Origin: a virus
Taxonomy: Duplodnaviria; Caudoviricetes
Length of the DNA stretch: 64,000 bases
Reading direction: 5' to 3' (one strand)
IMG/VR virus record: IMGVR_UViG_3300032038_000012
Span: 71,792 to 135,791 of that record
The notes beneath the pieces are model-generated. The model saw only the letters and a program-made list of their open reading frames with translations, ran no database searches and was not told the DNA's origin. Both the position numbers and the translations under genes were made by a program. Shown piece after piece: positions 31,293-42,861 of the stretch (positions are counted from its first letter, which is position 1; every line of letters starts with the position of its first letter).

Positions 31293-34200
31293 CGTCGCTC
31301 ATTCCTTGTCTATCATGAACTAACTCTAATTCTCCATTATCAGTTATATTCACAATTTTATATATTTGATGGAAACCATTATTTTTATAAGTTTTTGCTA
31401 CAAATGTATCATCACGTCTATATCCAGCCACTAATAACTTAACACCTCTTGTAAACCAACCTTTTTCAACTACTTTTTTAGTTCCATCAGGTTGTTTTTC
31501 TGATAATTGGCGGTTATACATTGCAAAATATTCTTTTGTAAATTTTACATTTACTACTCCTGTTGTTGTTAATAATGTGATTGATGAACGTGTATCATTC
31601 TTTCCAATAACAGTTCCAATAATTTTACTTATTTTATAAATAGGTAAATCTCTTCCATTTCTCTTAAAGAAATAATCTATTGCAGGTTCTGGTGATAAAT
31701 CATTAAAATCTACTATACCATATTTATTCATTTTAACATCTTTTAATTCGTGTTCATGATAATAGAAACATAAAGATTCCATTTCATACGCACTAATACT
31801 CTTTCCTGCATATTTATCCCACATCTCTTTAAATAATATTGTATTGAATTTTTCTAGAATTTCATTTTGATTTTCTTTTATCCAGTCTCTTGCTTTATCC
31901 ATTGTTGATTTATAAATTTTTTCCCATTTAGTTTGTTCTATACAAGTTAATCCATTTATAACTTCTAATAAATCCATATCAAAATATTTACTATAAAATT
32001 CTTCACATATATTATCAAATACGAAGTATTTACCAACTTTTTTATTTGCTTTTAAATATTTTGTAAAGTTAAATACTCTCTTTTGTAAATCTAATTCTTC
32101 AGGAATTAAATCATGTTGTATCAAACCATTAAAGTTTTGTAATGTTATTCTTTTCTTTGCTTCACAAACTTTTGAGATATAATATGTCATAACTAATTGT
32201 CTTGGTTCTACTCCCAACTCTTTAGCCCATTTTTCTTCTACTTTATCAAATGCACCAGCTTTAATTAAACTAAACATTGCACTTTTATTTAATGGACATC
32301 TTGCCATAAAGTCTGCTATTCCAATATATGGTCTATTCGCAATAATTTGATCTATTATCGGACCTCCTACATTACTTAATGCTTTCATACCAAATAATAT
32401 TACATTATTATCTGCATCTGGTTCAAAACTATAACTTGATTTATTTATATCTACTAAACTTACTTTAATTCCTTTTCCTATAATATCTCCAAGTGCTTTT
32501 GCAATTTTTCCATAATCAGTTGTTTTCTCTTTTTTCTTTGCTACCTCACCTGTATCTTCATCTTCTTCAAAATCACTTTCTTCTTCAAGACTTCCGCTAT
32601 TAACAATTAAACAAGCTGTGTTCCAATATATCGGATTCCATCTTGTTGCTATATACATTGTTTGAAAACCTATAAATGAATATGCTAATGCGTGAATAAT
32701 ACTAAATGAATATCCCATTTGAGGTCCAACTCCACATGTCCAGATATAATTTCCTAGACAAGGGCTTGCCGCCTGGTCTAATACTTGTTGTCTTAATGCT
32801 GGGATTTTATTCATTTGTTTCTTACCTACAACTTTACGAGCTGCATTCGCATCTTTAAGAGAGAAATGACATAAATGTTCGTCCATTAACATTCTCATTA
32901 ATTGCTCTTGACTTGGTGGAACTCCATATGAACTTTCAAAATAAGGTTTAAGATATTCTTGCTCTTGTTTTGTCAATCCATAATTATCCATCTCTTGATA
33001 CCATAGGTTAATATTATTTTTATATCTAATGTATTTATCCATTGGAGATTCTTGACCTTTTTCGGCAGTCATAAGTCTCATTAATCCATTTGCATCTGCC
33101 ATCTCTAACATTGACTTAGGTTTAATTTTCTTTGCTGCTTGACTACCTACTTCACTATCAAATTGAAAGATATTTAAAACACTATTTTCTTGAAGAGCTT
33201 TCCATATATTTTGATCTTCAATAGGAAGAACATTTGGGTGAAAATATTTATCATAAATTTCTCTTAATGTTAAATCACTTTCAACTTCTCCATAATCTTG
33301 TAATAATCTTATTGCTTCTGTTAATTTATCTTGTACTTCTGTTACTAAGAAGTCATATTTTGTCATACCTGCTGCTTCACACATATGTAAATCATATGCT
33401 GTAATAACTTCTCCTTTTGGAGTTCTCATGAATGAACCAAATTCATATGGATCTTCATCAAATAATATTACTCCTGAAGCATGGCTACTTCTTTTATTTA
33501 CTAAACCTTCAATACCAATCATTATATCTAATAATCCAGGATATTGATTAACTTCATTTATAAATAAAGTTATTGGTTTTCTATCTTTTTCAGGATTACC
33601 ATTAATAACATCACTTAATGACCATAAAAATCCACGTTCACTAGGAATTAATGATGATAAATATTGAGCTGTATCAACATCTATACCATCTGGGAATCCT
33701 TCTGCACGATAACCTCTACAAGCTGTTAAAATTGTTGAACGAGTTCCTTCAGTTCCAAATGTTGCTATTAAAGTGCACCCTAAATTTTCTCTACTTAACT
33801 CATCTATATCAGGTCTAAAGAATTGACCTCTTTCTTTTTTAATTTCATTTAATATCTTTGGTCTTTTACTTGGACATAAATCTAAATCTATATCTCCTAA
33901 TTCAACTCTCTCTTTATTTAAATATCTCCAGAATGGAAGATTCCATTTAATTGGATCCAATTGAGTTATTCCTAAAAGATAATGGTTCAAACCTGAACAA
34001 CTTGATCCACGCCCTGCTCCAACCATACTTCCGCACTCCCAGAACAAATTAACATAATGTTCTAGAGTTACTGGATAACTAAACATATTTGTTTCAAGTT
34101 TTTCACTTATTGTTTGTTTAATATCTGCTTCTTCTTCTAATCTACTCAAATATGTGTCATTATATAAATCTAATTTTTCTAGTTTATCGACACATTTATT

Positions 34201-35232
34201 TACCCAATATCTATTTACTTTATCATCTGACTCAAACATAGATGCTAATATAGGATAATGTTCTTTGTCAAAACTTTTCTTTGGATAATCAGGTACACTA
34301 ACCTTTGGAATTGTTTGTTTATGTGCTAAACTAAAGTTTTCTATTTTTTCAAAAATACTATAACTATTATCAAACATTTGCATTATGTAATCTTCACTAA
34401 AATCAGATTTTTTCAAATTTTCTATGATTTCTTCATTTGTTTGAAGATATGCAAATTCATAAAATTCATCTACTTCTCTTTCTCCACCTTTTGAGTTTAA
34501 ATATGCTTTATGAACATATCTATCTTCTTTCTTTAAATAATGGGCGTCTGAACCAATTACCATTTTTAATCCAAATGCTTGTGTAATAGAAACTAATCTT
34601 TTATTTACTAATATTTGATCTCTAGATGCACCTGGCGCACATTCTACATAAAAATCATCCTTAAATATTTCTTTACACCATAACATAAAATTAACTATAT
34701 TATTGTGTGCCATTTCCGCACCATTCTTATCTCCTGTTGCTTCTGCATTTATTAAGTTTAAAGTGTTAACACTTAATTCTCCGCCTAAACATGCTGTTGT
34801 TGCTATTAAACTTCCAGGATATTTCTTTATAATTTCTTCCATATCACTTTTTAAAGTTGGAACTCTTTCCATACCTCTATCCCAATAGCTATTCATCCAA
34901 GCTCTTGAAGATAATTCTCTTAATGCTCTATGTCCTTCTTTATTTTTTGCTATTAAGATAAAGTGATAATATCTTTGTCCCATATCACGAGTGTCAGTTA
35001 AATATATTTCATTTCCTAAAGCCACTTTAAAATCAGGATGTTCTTTTAATAACTCCTGTTGATACATATTTATTTCTATATGACCACATAAAGCTTCATG
35101 GTCAGTTATTGCTATACCAGCTAATCCTAACTCAATAGCTCTGTTAATTAAATCTTTAGGTCTATTAATACAATCTAATAATCTTAAATTCGAATAGTGA
35201 GTATGACTATGAACTTCAAACCTTTTATTCAT
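31285..35232 (-). CDS. dnaE: DNA polymerase III alpha subunit (family C, PHP domain)
   Basis: HSHTHYS, AITDH, GRGS, DIDLD, HASGV, KYDFL, YSFS..HALAYS. Confidence 0.95.
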   Translation of the reverse strand: MNKRFEVHSHTHYSNLRLLDCINRPKDLINRAIELGLAGIAITDHEALCGHIEINMYQQELLKEHPDFKVALGNEIYLTDTRDMGQRYYHFILIAKNKEGHRALRELSSRAWMNSYWDRGMERVPTLKSDMEEIIKKYPGSLIATTACLGGELSVNTLNLINAEATGDKNGAEMAHNNIVNFMLWCKEIFKDDFYVECAPGASRDQILVNKRLVSITQAFGLKMVIGSDAHYLKKEDRYVHKAYLNSKGGEREVDEFYEFAYLQTNEEIIENLKKSDFSEDYIMQMFDNSYSIFEKIENFSLAHKQTIPKVSVPDYPKKSFDKEHYPILASMFESDDKVNRYWVNKCVDKLEKLDLYNDTYLSRLEEEADIKQTISEKLETNMFSYPVTLEHYVNLFWECGSMVGAGRGSSCSGLNHYLLGITQLDPIKWNLPFWRYLNKERVELGDIDLDLCPSKRPKILNEIKKERGQFFRPDIDELSRENLGCTLIATFGTEGTRSTILTACRGYRAEGFPDGIDVDTAQYLSSLIPSERGFLWSLSDVINGNPEKDRKPITLFINEVNQYPGLLDIMIGIEGLVNKRSSHASGVILFDEDPYEFGSFMRTPKGEVITAYDLHMCEAAGMTKYDFLVTEVQDKLTEAIRLLQDYGEVESDLTLREIYDKYFHPNVLPIEDQNIWKALQENSVLNIFQFDSEVGSQAAKKIKPKSMLEMADANGLMRLMTAEKGQESPMDKYIRYKNNINLWYQEMDNYGLTKQEQEYLKPYFESSYGVPPSQEQLMRMLMDEHLCHFSLKDANAARKVVGKKQMNKIPALRQQVLDQAASPCLGNYIWTCGVGPQMGYSFSIIHALAYSFIGFQTMYIATRWNPIYWNTACLIVNSGSLEEESDFEEDEDTGEVAKKKEKTTDYGKIAKALGDIIGKGIKVSLVDINKSSYSFEPDADNNVILFGMKALSNVGGPIIDQIIANRPYIGIADFMARCPLNKSAMFSLIKAGAFDKVEEKWAKELGVEPRQLVMTYYISKVCEAKKRITLQNFNGLIQHDLIPEELDLQKRVFNFTKYLKANKKVGKYFVFDNICEEFYSKYFDMDLLEVINGLTCIEQTKWEKIYKSTMDKARDWIKENQNEILEKFNTILFKEMWDKYAGKSISAYEMESLCFYYHEHELKDVKMNKYGIVDFNDLSPEPAIDYFFKRNGRDLPIYKISKIIGTVIGKNDTRSSITLLTTTGVVNVKFTKEYFAMYNRQLSEKQPDGTKKVVEKGWFTRGVKLLVAGYRRDDTFVAKTYKNNGFHQIYKIVNITDNGELELVHDRQGMSDDE

Positions 35233-35298
35233 AAATATTTCCACCTTTCTTATATATATTATATCATATTTTTTAATAAAAATCAAATGACTCTATTT

Positions 35299-35784
35299 TT
35301 ATTGATCGCGGCTATTGATTGGATATTCGAGCTCACAACAGTCAATATGATTATCTGCAAAATATTTTAACAAAACTTCTCTTTCACTACATTTATTGGA
35401 TGGTGCTTCATGAACAACAAAGACAACTATTGGTTCTTCTTTAAATCCCATCCATTTTTTTACCCTTTTCGCAAAATTAAAAGTTTCTTTTAAAAAATCT
35501 AATATATTTATTTTATCTAGCTGTTTTCGATATTGTTTTAAAAATAAGCAATTATTAGGGTTATCTAAACAATATTTTCTTCCGAAACATAATCCTGAAC
35601 ACGTTTCATCTCCATGAAGCAATTCACACCTAAAGCCATTAGCAACTCCTCGTTTGTCTAAAAATATATAATTTTTGTCTTGAAAATTATGATACCACTG
35701 TGGATCTGAAACTGCGGTACTTACCGGTATCATATAAGGTTTAAAAAATCTAATTTGATAAAAATAACTTATTGCTAATTTCAT
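35299..35784 (-). CDS. Conserved phage protein (DUF488-like?)
   Basis: SYFYQIRFF..PVSTA, Cys cluster, VHEAPSNKCSER. Confidence 0.6.
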   Translation of the reverse strand: MKLAISYFYQIRFFKPYMIPVSTAVSDPQWYHNFQDKNYIFLDKRGVANGFRCELLHGDETCSGLCFGRKYCLDNPNNCLFLKQYRKQLDKINILDFLKETFNFAKRVKKWMGFKEEPIVVFVVHEAPSNKCSEREVLLKYFADNHIDCCELEYPINSRDQ

Positions 35785-35785
35785 T

Positions 35786-36982
35786 TTAATCAGCCCTTAT
35801 CAAAACTAATTTTTCAGATGCACGAGTTACCGCTGTATATAACCATCTAGCATGTTCTTCTTCATTAAAAGGGAACTTTTCTTCGATAACTAATACTTTA
35901 TCCCACTCTGAACCTTGAGCTCTATGAGTTGTGATAGCATAGCCATAAGTAAATTCATATGGTAGTAAATGTCTATATAATTTATTTTGACTAATAGCAT
36001 ATTCAGTTTTCCAATCTAAAGTTTTTTCTCCCGTTAATATCATATTTTTATCCATAATTAAATCGGAATAAACTTCTCCACCTTCTTCAACGAAATCACA
36101 ATTTAATGTTTCAATTCTTCTAGGTTGTCCATAATGAAGTTTATTTAACATTCCCGGTATAATCTCAAAAGATGAATAACTATCTTTTATTGTCCCAATA
36201 GTTCCATTTACCAAGGCGCTGCCGCCCTGACACTCATCTTCCCAATAATTTCTATAACAAATAATTTTATCTCCGTCTTCAGGATCTCCAGAGTGACCTA
36301 ATAAATCTCTCATTTGAGCATTTATCTTTTTTCTAGTGTCATTAGTAGCAACTAATATTTGGTCAGCCCACTGCAACATACCTGTATTTAATTCTGCTCT
36401 TGAAAATATTTGAACCTGTTTTCCCTTATAAGTACCAATAGGCTCTCTATTTCTAATTTTCATAGAAAGTTGGACTATTTCAGAGCCTTCCTCTTGACGC
36501 ATAACCTCATCTAAAAATATATGAGCATGGTCAAGTAAATGGTTATCTTCATTTTTATTTATTGGTGGTAATTGGAATGGATCGCCTAAACACAAAATAT
36601 AAATATTAGGGTATGATGCCAATTTTTCCATCAATGACTTTGGAACCATAGACACCTCATCTACTACAACTATTTTATAAGGGATAGTTGTTACAGGAAT
36701 TCTAACATATGTTCCATCTGGTTTAGGATGACTAATAAACAATAGCTTATGTAAAGTTCTTGTATTAGTATTACCTTTCTTTGCTAATACTTGAGTTGCT
36801 TTTCCTGTAAAACTAGTATAAACAACATCTTTATCTTCAACGTGTAGAGCGGAAATGATAAACTTAACTAATGTAGATTTACCAGTACCCGCATACCCTG
36901 AAATAATAGTGCATTTTTTTCCTGAATTATAGCGGTCTACTGCTATTTGTAAACCTTGTCTTTGCTTTTCATTAAGTTCCAT
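35786..36982 (-). CDS. SF1B RecD2/Dda-like helicase
   Basis: GYAGTGKST, VDEVSMV, GDPFQLPP, YAITTHRAQGSEW, YTAVTRA. Confidence 0.92.
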   Translation of the reverse strand: MELNEKQRQGLQIAVDRYNSGKKCTIISGYAGTGKSTLVKFIISALHVEDKDVVYTSFTGKATQVLAKKGNTNTRTLHKLLFISHPKPDGTYVRIPVTTIPYKIVVVDEVSMVPKSLMEKLASYPNIYILCLGDPFQLPPINKNEDNHLLDHAHIFLDEVMRQEEGSEIVQLSMKIRNREPIGTYKGKQVQIFSRAELNTGMLQWADQILVATNDTRKKINAQMRDLLGHSGDPEDGDKIICYRNYWEDECQGGSALVNGTIGTIKDSYSSFEIIPGMLNKLHYGQPRRIETLNCDFVEEGGEVYSDLIMDKNMILTGEKTLDWKTEYAISQNKLYRHLLPYEFTYGYAITTHRAQGSEWDKVLVIEEKFPFNEEEHARWLYTAVTRASEKLVLIRAD

Positions 36983-36994
36983 TTTTACGCCTCC

Positions 36995-37267
36995 TTACAT
37001 TACTTTAAAAACTCCTAATACAACTTTATCTTTCACTATATAAATAAGACCTGGTAGGGCTTCCTCATCTTTTTTTACTGCCATACCATAATAAATTTCA
37101 ACATTTTTATCATTGTCATATCCTAATTGTGCGGGGTAATCATACCCAACTTCTTTATAAAATTCAAGATAAGTTGCATAGCACATTACTAATTGTAAAT
37201 CTTTTGATGTAAAGTGAAATCTTTCTTCAATATAATTTAAAAAGTTAAAAATAATATCTTTTATCAT
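36995..37267 (-). CDS. Hypothetical protein
   Basis: Own promoter and RBS. Confidence 0.65.
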   Translation of the reverse strand: MIKDIIFNFLNYIEERFHFTSKDLQLVMCYATYLEFYKEVGYDYPAQLGYDNDKNVEIYYGMAVKKDEEALPGLIYIVKDKVVLGVFKVM

Positions 37268-37351
37268 TTCTTTTCTCCTTTTTCTTTATTTCTATATATA
37301 TTATATCATAATTATTATTTAAAATCAATAAAAAGCTAAAAGCTTATGCTT

Positions 37352-39100
37352 TTAGAATAAGTATTTTCCAGAACCTGTAATCTCATACTCTTCCATGAAA
37401 ATCTGAGGTGTTACATTTCCGAAGAACTCGTTTATATGACAAGTTCCTACTACATCCATTTGAACATAAGCTCCAGTTTGATTTTCTAACATTTCACATT
37501 CTTCATCAGTAGCATTAAACTTCATTATATTAACTTTATTTGGCAAAGTAATTTTTAATGTATTACTTGATTTTCTATATACTTGAACCATATCTTTGCT
37601 AACTTTTAAATCTTTTATTGCTACCATAGCTTCATTAAAATCTTTTCCCCATAGTTCTTTTAATCCACCAATAGTTAATATATCTTGTGGATTTACATCT
37701 CCGCCTGTATAAATATAATCAACATAATAGACTGGTTCAGAACTCATATCAGCAAGAGCTCTATCAGTATTATCTATAAAACTTTCCAATTTATCTGCGG
37801 CGATACATACACCAAATGCGTTTTGATGACCTTGAGCCCATTCTACGCCACTTTCTTCACATATATCTTTAAAATTAGTTAACCCTGATGTTTCATATCC
37901 TCTTGCGCTTCCTTGATAATTATCATCAGTCTCAGTAATAACACAACAAGGTCTTTGATATTTTGCAGCGAGTTTGTTAGCGATTAAACCAGCTATATTT
38001 CTGTCTACTTGTCCGTCTTTTAATGTGAATAATAAAACTTTATGTTTTAATAGACCTTCTTTTTCAATTTTCTTTTCTAGTAATTCCATTCCCGCATCTT
38101 GCGTTCTTGTTTGTCTATTTTTTACATTTGTAGACATCCTAACTGCTTGGTCTACTAATCTCTCTTCTTCACCTGGTTTATGTCCTCTTTTGTTTGAAGG
38201 TATCATTTTGAAAGCATCTGATTTCAACATAGATTTGAATAATAATTCTTTTTCTTCAATACTACCACTTCTTTGAACTGCATTTATCATTGGAACTATA
38301 TAAAATGCTGCATCAATTGAAGTTATATGCTCTCCAAGTTTGAATTTATTTTTTTGCCACATTTCATAAATATATGGGTTGTGGATATTTTCAGGTAAGA
38401 AACCTTTATTTATTAAATGTTTTGTTTCTATTGATGTTAAGCTCATCATATCTCCTGTGTTTCCAAGAGCTACTAAATCTATGTAATAATCGGCATATGA
38501 TGTTCCTAATAATCTATCTAAATATCTACAAAATTGCCAAGTAACTCCAACTCCAGATAATTCTTTGTTAGGGTAATCGCTTAACTGATTATTGATAACA
38601 CAAGCATCTTCACTGACATATTCAGCTTCGTGGTGATCCATTACTAGAATATCAATTCCACGGTCTTTAAGTTCTTTATGTAATTCATAATCATTACTAC
38701 CAGCATCTGGAACGATAATAAATTTAAAATCTTTTTGATTTATATAATCCATACAATCTGATAATCCATGTTGTTTTCCTTCATGGACATACCATTTTAG
38801 ATTATTTTGTACAAAACTAGGAAACGAGTCATTTAAATAGTTTATTAAAAGTGCAGCCGCTGTAAAACCATCGCAATCGCAATCACAAATAACTAGGGTG
38901 TTTGACTCTTGTTGAATATTGGATACTAACATTTTTGCACCTTTCTCTATACAATCTCCAAATGCGGTTGGATCAGAAATATCGGCGTCAGAAGTATTCA
39001 TATAATGATGAGTTTCATTGTAAGGAATTTTTCTATTTACTAAAACTTGTTCTAATGTACTATAATTTGGATTATTCACTCCTAGTAGTTTTAATTTCAT
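37352..39100 (-). CDS. recJ: RecJ-like DHH ssDNA exonuclease
   Basis: DCDCDG, PDAG, DHH, LSGVGV, GSAR, GHQNAFG. Confidence 0.92.
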   Translation of the reverse strand: MKLKLLGVNNPNYSTLEQVLVNRKIPYNETHHYMNTSDADISDPTAFGDCIEKGAKMLVSNIQQESNTLVICDCDCDGFTAAALLINYLNDSFPSFVQNNLKWYVHEGKQHGLSDCMDYINQKDFKFIIVPDAGSNDYELHKELKDRGIDILVMDHHEAEYVSEDACVINNQLSDYPNKELSGVGVTWQFCRYLDRLLGTSYADYYIDLVALGNTGDMMSLTSIETKHLINKGFLPENIHNPYIYEMWQKNKFKLGEHITSIDAAFYIVPMINAVQRSGSIEEKELLFKSMLKSDAFKMIPSNKRGHKPGEEERLVDQAVRMSTNVKNRQTRTQDAGMELLEKKIEKEGLLKHKVLLFTLKDGQVDRNIAGLIANKLAAKYQRPCCVITETDDNYQGSARGYETSGLTNFKDICEESGVEWAQGHQNAFGVCIAADKLESFIDNTDRALADMSSEPVYYVDYIYTGGDVNPQDILTIGGLKELWGKDFNEAMVAIKDLKVSKDMVQVYRKSSNTLKITLPNKVNIMKFNATDEECEMLENQTGAYVQMDVVGTCHINEFFGNVTPQIFMEEYEITGSGKYLF

Positions 39101-39296
39101 TCTTTTCTTCTTCCTCCTCTACCTGATAATATTTACATAACCTTAATAAATTTATAAAATTAATTACTTTATCTTTTAATTCACAAGTACTATAATTATA
39201 TATGTCTATTCCTACTTCATCATAATGATGTTGATAATACTTGCACCACTTACATTTAGGATGCTTTTGTCTGTATTCAATGATTTCTCTATCCAT
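39072..39296 (-). CDS. Small Cys-rich protein
   Basis: CKWCKYY..C..CKYY. Confidence 0.65.
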   Translation of the reverse strand: MDREIIEYRQKHPKCKWCKYYQHHYDEVGIDIYNYSTCELKDKVINFINLLRLCKYYQVEEEEEKNEIKTTRSE

Positions 39297-40390
39297 TACA
39301 ATACCACCCTTCTATTAAATAATTCCATAAATATTTCTGGTCCTCGATCAATGGGACTATCTTTATAACCTAATAAGTTCCATTTATCAAATAAGAAACT
39401 TATTTGTATCTCATCTCCATATTTTTTATTTATATCTTTTAATTTCTTTGTCCAGCTCTTCCACTCATCATCTCCAAGTTCTTGGAACTGTTTATCGAAT
39501 GCTATACAGATTTCTTCTGCTCCACAAGATTTTAATAACTGAACTTGATAATTTATTAAGCTACTTCCGCATACCGCTACACTTATATCATTATCTATTC
39601 CAAAATAACTTTGATATAACAAACAACTTTTTTCTCCTTCAAATACTATTACTTTTTTTAAGTTTTTTATTTGTTGTTTGCTATTGTTTAAATTATATAA
39701 ATTAAAACCTAATGGGTGATTATACATTTTATAATTTAATATCGCTGGTTTATATTTACCATTTTCTTCATTTTCTTTTATTAAAGTTCTTTCTCTTATT
39801 CCTATTAACTCCCCATCAATATTATAATGAGGAATTACAATTCCGCACATTACCGGGTCATAACATATGTCATTATGCATCATAACTTCTCGAGTAATAC
39901 CCTCTTCTTCCCAAGGTATAATGTGCGGTCTAGGAAGATATTTTAAAATACTTTTATCATAATAAACAAAGTCCATTATTTTTTCTTTTCTCTCTTGAGA
40001 GTTATTTCTATCATATCTATTAAGAATTTTCCAATCTTGGATTTCTTCCTCATGATTTTCTGAAAATGGGCTCTCAATGCTTAATCCATAAAAATTAATA
40101 ATATAGGATATCGCTTGAAATAATGAAACTTCAATTCCATTTAATTTATTTATTTTTATAATTAGCTCATATATATCAAAAGAGTCAAGACAATCTGTAT
40201 AACACTTAAATAATTTTGTATTTTCATAATAATATAACTTATGGCTGTGTCCTCCATGGCATATAGTTCGAGAGATAATTAAACCACCTTTAATCACTGG
40301 ATCGCCGCCATATGACATTAATAAATCATAAACTTGTTCTATTGTTAATTCATTTTTTATATTCTCTGACCATTCTTTTATATTTTCCAT
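39296..40390 (-). CDS. DnaG-like primase
   Basis: Zn-finger ICH..FKCYTDC; TOPRIM VFEGEKS, IAFD, KDSPID. Confidence 0.85.
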   Translation of the reverse strand: MENIKEWSENIKNELTIEQVYDLLMSYGGDPVIKGGLIISRTICHGGHSHKLYYYENTKLFKCYTDCLDSFDIYELIIKINKLNGIEVSLFQAISYIINFYGLSIESPFSENHEEEIQDWKILNRYDRNNSQERKEKIMDFVYYDKSILKYLPRPHIIPWEEEGITREVMMHNDICYDPVMCGIVIPHYNIDGELIGIRERTLIKENEENGKYKPAILNYKMYNHPLGFNLYNLNNSKQQIKNLKKVIVFEGEKSCLLYQSYFGIDNDISVAVCGSSLINYQVQLLKSCGAEEICIAFDKQFQELGDDEWKSWTKKLKDINKKYGDEIQISFLFDKWNLLGYKDSPIDRGPEIFMELFNRRVVL

Positions 40391-40442
40391 TTCATCTTTT
40401 CTCCTTTACATATATTATATCATTTTTTAATGATTTTTTCAA

Positions 40443-40661
40443 TTAGAAGAACAAATGATATAGAGCTCTTAAAGTTCTTTTAAACTTGCCATCTTTAAAT
40501 TCATAACCATCAACAAAAATATGATTATCAATTTGAGAAACTGAATGTCCTTTTACCCTTTTTGGAAATGGGTATCTAACGCCATTAATCTCTATCCATT
40601 TTTCTCTGCTATTTACAATAGAGTAAGTTTTTCCATTTTCTTGTATTGTTATCATAAACAC
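40443..40661 (-). CDS. Hypothetical protein
   Basis: Operon ORF. Confidence 0.6.
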   Translation of the reverse strand: MFMITIQENGKTYSIVNSREKWIEINGVRYPFPKRVKGHSVSQIDNHIFVDGYEFKDGKFKRTLRALYHLFF

Positions 40662-40674
40662 CGTTAGCTCCTTC

Positions 40675-42219
40675 CTAGAAAGCAGAGCTTTCTATTTTTG
40701 GATTAATTTTAATTTTTAAATCTGTCATTTCTACCATTTTATATTGGTAATCTGTTGCAAACATTGGGATAAATTTACATTGACCCCTGTCTGCTTTACA
40801 CCATAACAGAATATCTTTATATTGTCCACGTCTATTTTTATATATAGACATTTTTATATTAGGTTCTTCAAAACCACCTTTTGTAATGATTTCTCGAAGT
40901 GCTTCTTTATCTTCTTGCGAAGTTTGTAACATAATGGCACCTAAGTCAATTTTATCTGCTATTGATTTAGCACCTCTTAATAAGTTTTGGTCATATTGTT
41001 GTGCTGTAACATAATCAGCATTTAATTGTGTAGCAGACATTATAAATACACCATATTCATTACATAAATCTTTTAATCTTATTGAAATCATAAATAATAC
41101 ATTATCTTCTCTTAAGCCTTTAATTCCGGTTCTTGATGTTACTTCACTTAATATTTTCATACTTGTATGAAGATAATCAAAGAATATATAACGAACTCCC
41201 CACTCTCTAATACCATACTTAATTGTATTTTCAATATCTTTCAATGAGAAATCTGGAAGTTTTTTAATATATATAGGGCTTTTTTGAATGATTTCCGCAG
41301 CGTGCAATACTCTTTCGTATTCATCGCCCTCGTAGTTGTTATAAATAATATGAGTTTCATTTACTCCCGCTATAAAGGCTAATAATAATGTTTGGATTTC
41401 ATCTATTTCTTGTTCGGTTGTAACAAACATTACGGGCTCCTTAGTTCCATTCTCTACCCAAGCCCCAACCGCATTGTCATATAGTTCATTACATCCTATA
41501 GATGCAAATTGACTTGCCATAAACCTCGTTTTTCCTACACCGGTTGCCGCACTAAATAAATAGAACTTTTTTAATCTTGCACCTCTTGTTACAGTATTTA
41601 TAAGAGGTCCGTACATAGGATATCCAAGTTCAGGATGCTTTTGAAGACTTTCAATTAATTCAATGATATTATCTCCAGCTGGTTGCATATCTTCATCTGC
41701 ATCATCTATATATTTCATTTTAATATCAGTTATTTTGTCATCAATTATCTCTGCAATTTCTTCAAGAGAAGTGCTATCTAACCAATCCTCTTGTGCTTGT
41801 TTTTTCTTGGCGTCTAATATATTATTTATATCATATAACCAAGATAAATCCATTCCTATCTTTTGATACATTCTTAATAAAGTCATTTTTTTCATTCTTT
41901 TATAATAATAATCAAAAGTAGAAAGTTGAACATTTTCAGATATTTTCTCTAAATACTCAGCGCCTTTATGAGTTTTATATACAGCTAAACTTTTAGGTCT
42001 ATCTTTTAAATAATCCTCAATAGCATTAACTGTGATACTCTTTGCACCAAGTTTATATAAATTATATATTGAACCGAATAAAATTTTATGAAATTCTTCG
42101 GTAAAATCATCCGTATTAAAAGTATAGTTTTCATTATCAAGTAACGTTGGGTTTTGATAAACGCTTCCTATAACCTGAATAATTGCGGATATATCTACAT
42201 ATTTTACACTATTACTCAT
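40675..42219 (-). CDS. dnaB: DnaB-like replicative helicase
   Basis: SAATGVGKTR, FFDYL, SATQLN, KNRRG. Confidence 0.9.
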   Translation of the reverse strand: MSNSVKYVDISAIIQVIGSVYQNPTLLDNENYTFNTDDFTEEFHKILFGSIYNLYKLGAKSITVNAIEDYLKDRPKSLAVYKTHKGAEYLEKISENVQLSTFDYYYKRMKKMTLLRMYQKIGMDLSWLYDINNILDAKKKQAQEDWLDSTSLEEIAEIIDDKITDIKMKYIDDADEDMQPAGDNIIELIESLQKHPELGYPMYGPLINTVTRGARLKKFYLFSAATGVGKTRFMASQFASIGCNELYDNAVGAWVENGTKEPVMFVTTEQEIDEIQTLLLAFIAGVNETHIIYNNYEGDEYERVLHAAEIIQKSPIYIKKLPDFSLKDIENTIKYGIREWGVRYIFFDYLHTSMKILSEVTSRTGIKGLREDNVLFMISIRLKDLCNEYGVFIMSATQLNADYVTAQQYDQNLLRGAKSIADKIDLGAIMLQTSQEDKEALREIITKGGFEEPNIKMSIYKNRRGQYKDILLWCKADRGQCKFIPMFATDYQYKMVEMTDLKIKINPKIESSAF

Positions 42220-42745
42220 TCTTCTCACCAACACTTTCTTCACCAAAATCAAATAACTTTGGCGGCGCTACATATACTCTCGGAGATCCAATTTCAATTT
42301 CTTGAACCTCTGGCTTTTTGATTTTTTCAGGTGCTGCTTTATTAGCTATATCTGCCAAATATAAATTATAAAAATAGTTTAAAGCATCATTATAAACAAA
42401 AGGCACAATACCTATTCCATCATTTGCTTTTTCTATTGAGTTATGTTTTAATTCAAACCACCAATATAATGTTTTTTGCATCCCAGAATAAGTATATTTA
42501 TATTCTTGTTTAAAATCTTTTATTTGCTTTTTAATTCTTGCACTTACAACATTTTTCTTAAAAAGTTTCTTAATATATTTTTCTAATTCCATATAATCTC
42601 GTTCTTCTTGAGATATAGATTGTTGATATTTTTCAGCACATTCTTTATGGGCATAACGACGTCCGCCCACTTCGACAAAAGGTTCTGCATTTCTATTAAA
42701 TTGAATTCCGCAATATTTACATTTAACCATACGCGTTGCTGCCAT
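42212..42745 (-). CDS. Zn-finger protein, putative helicase loader/replication accessory
   Basis: CKYC..HKEC, GIGIVPFVY; directly upstream of dnaB. Confidence 0.6.
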   Translation of the reverse strand: MAATRMVKCKYCGIQFNRNAEPFVEVGGRRYAHKECAEKYQQSISQEERDYMELEKYIKKLFKKNVVSARIKKQIKDFKQEYKYTYSGMQKTLYWWFELKHNSIEKANDGIGIVPFVYNDALNYFYNLYLADIANKAAPEKIKKPEVQEIEIGSPRVYVAPPKLFDFGEESVGEKNE

Positions 42746-42861
42746 ATTCAACACCTTCTTTTCCTTATATAAATATTATATCATAATTTAATAAAATAAT
42801 CAAAAAAGAGAAGATAGTTGCATATGATGTATCTTCTCTTTTTCATCTCCTTTTATCTCTC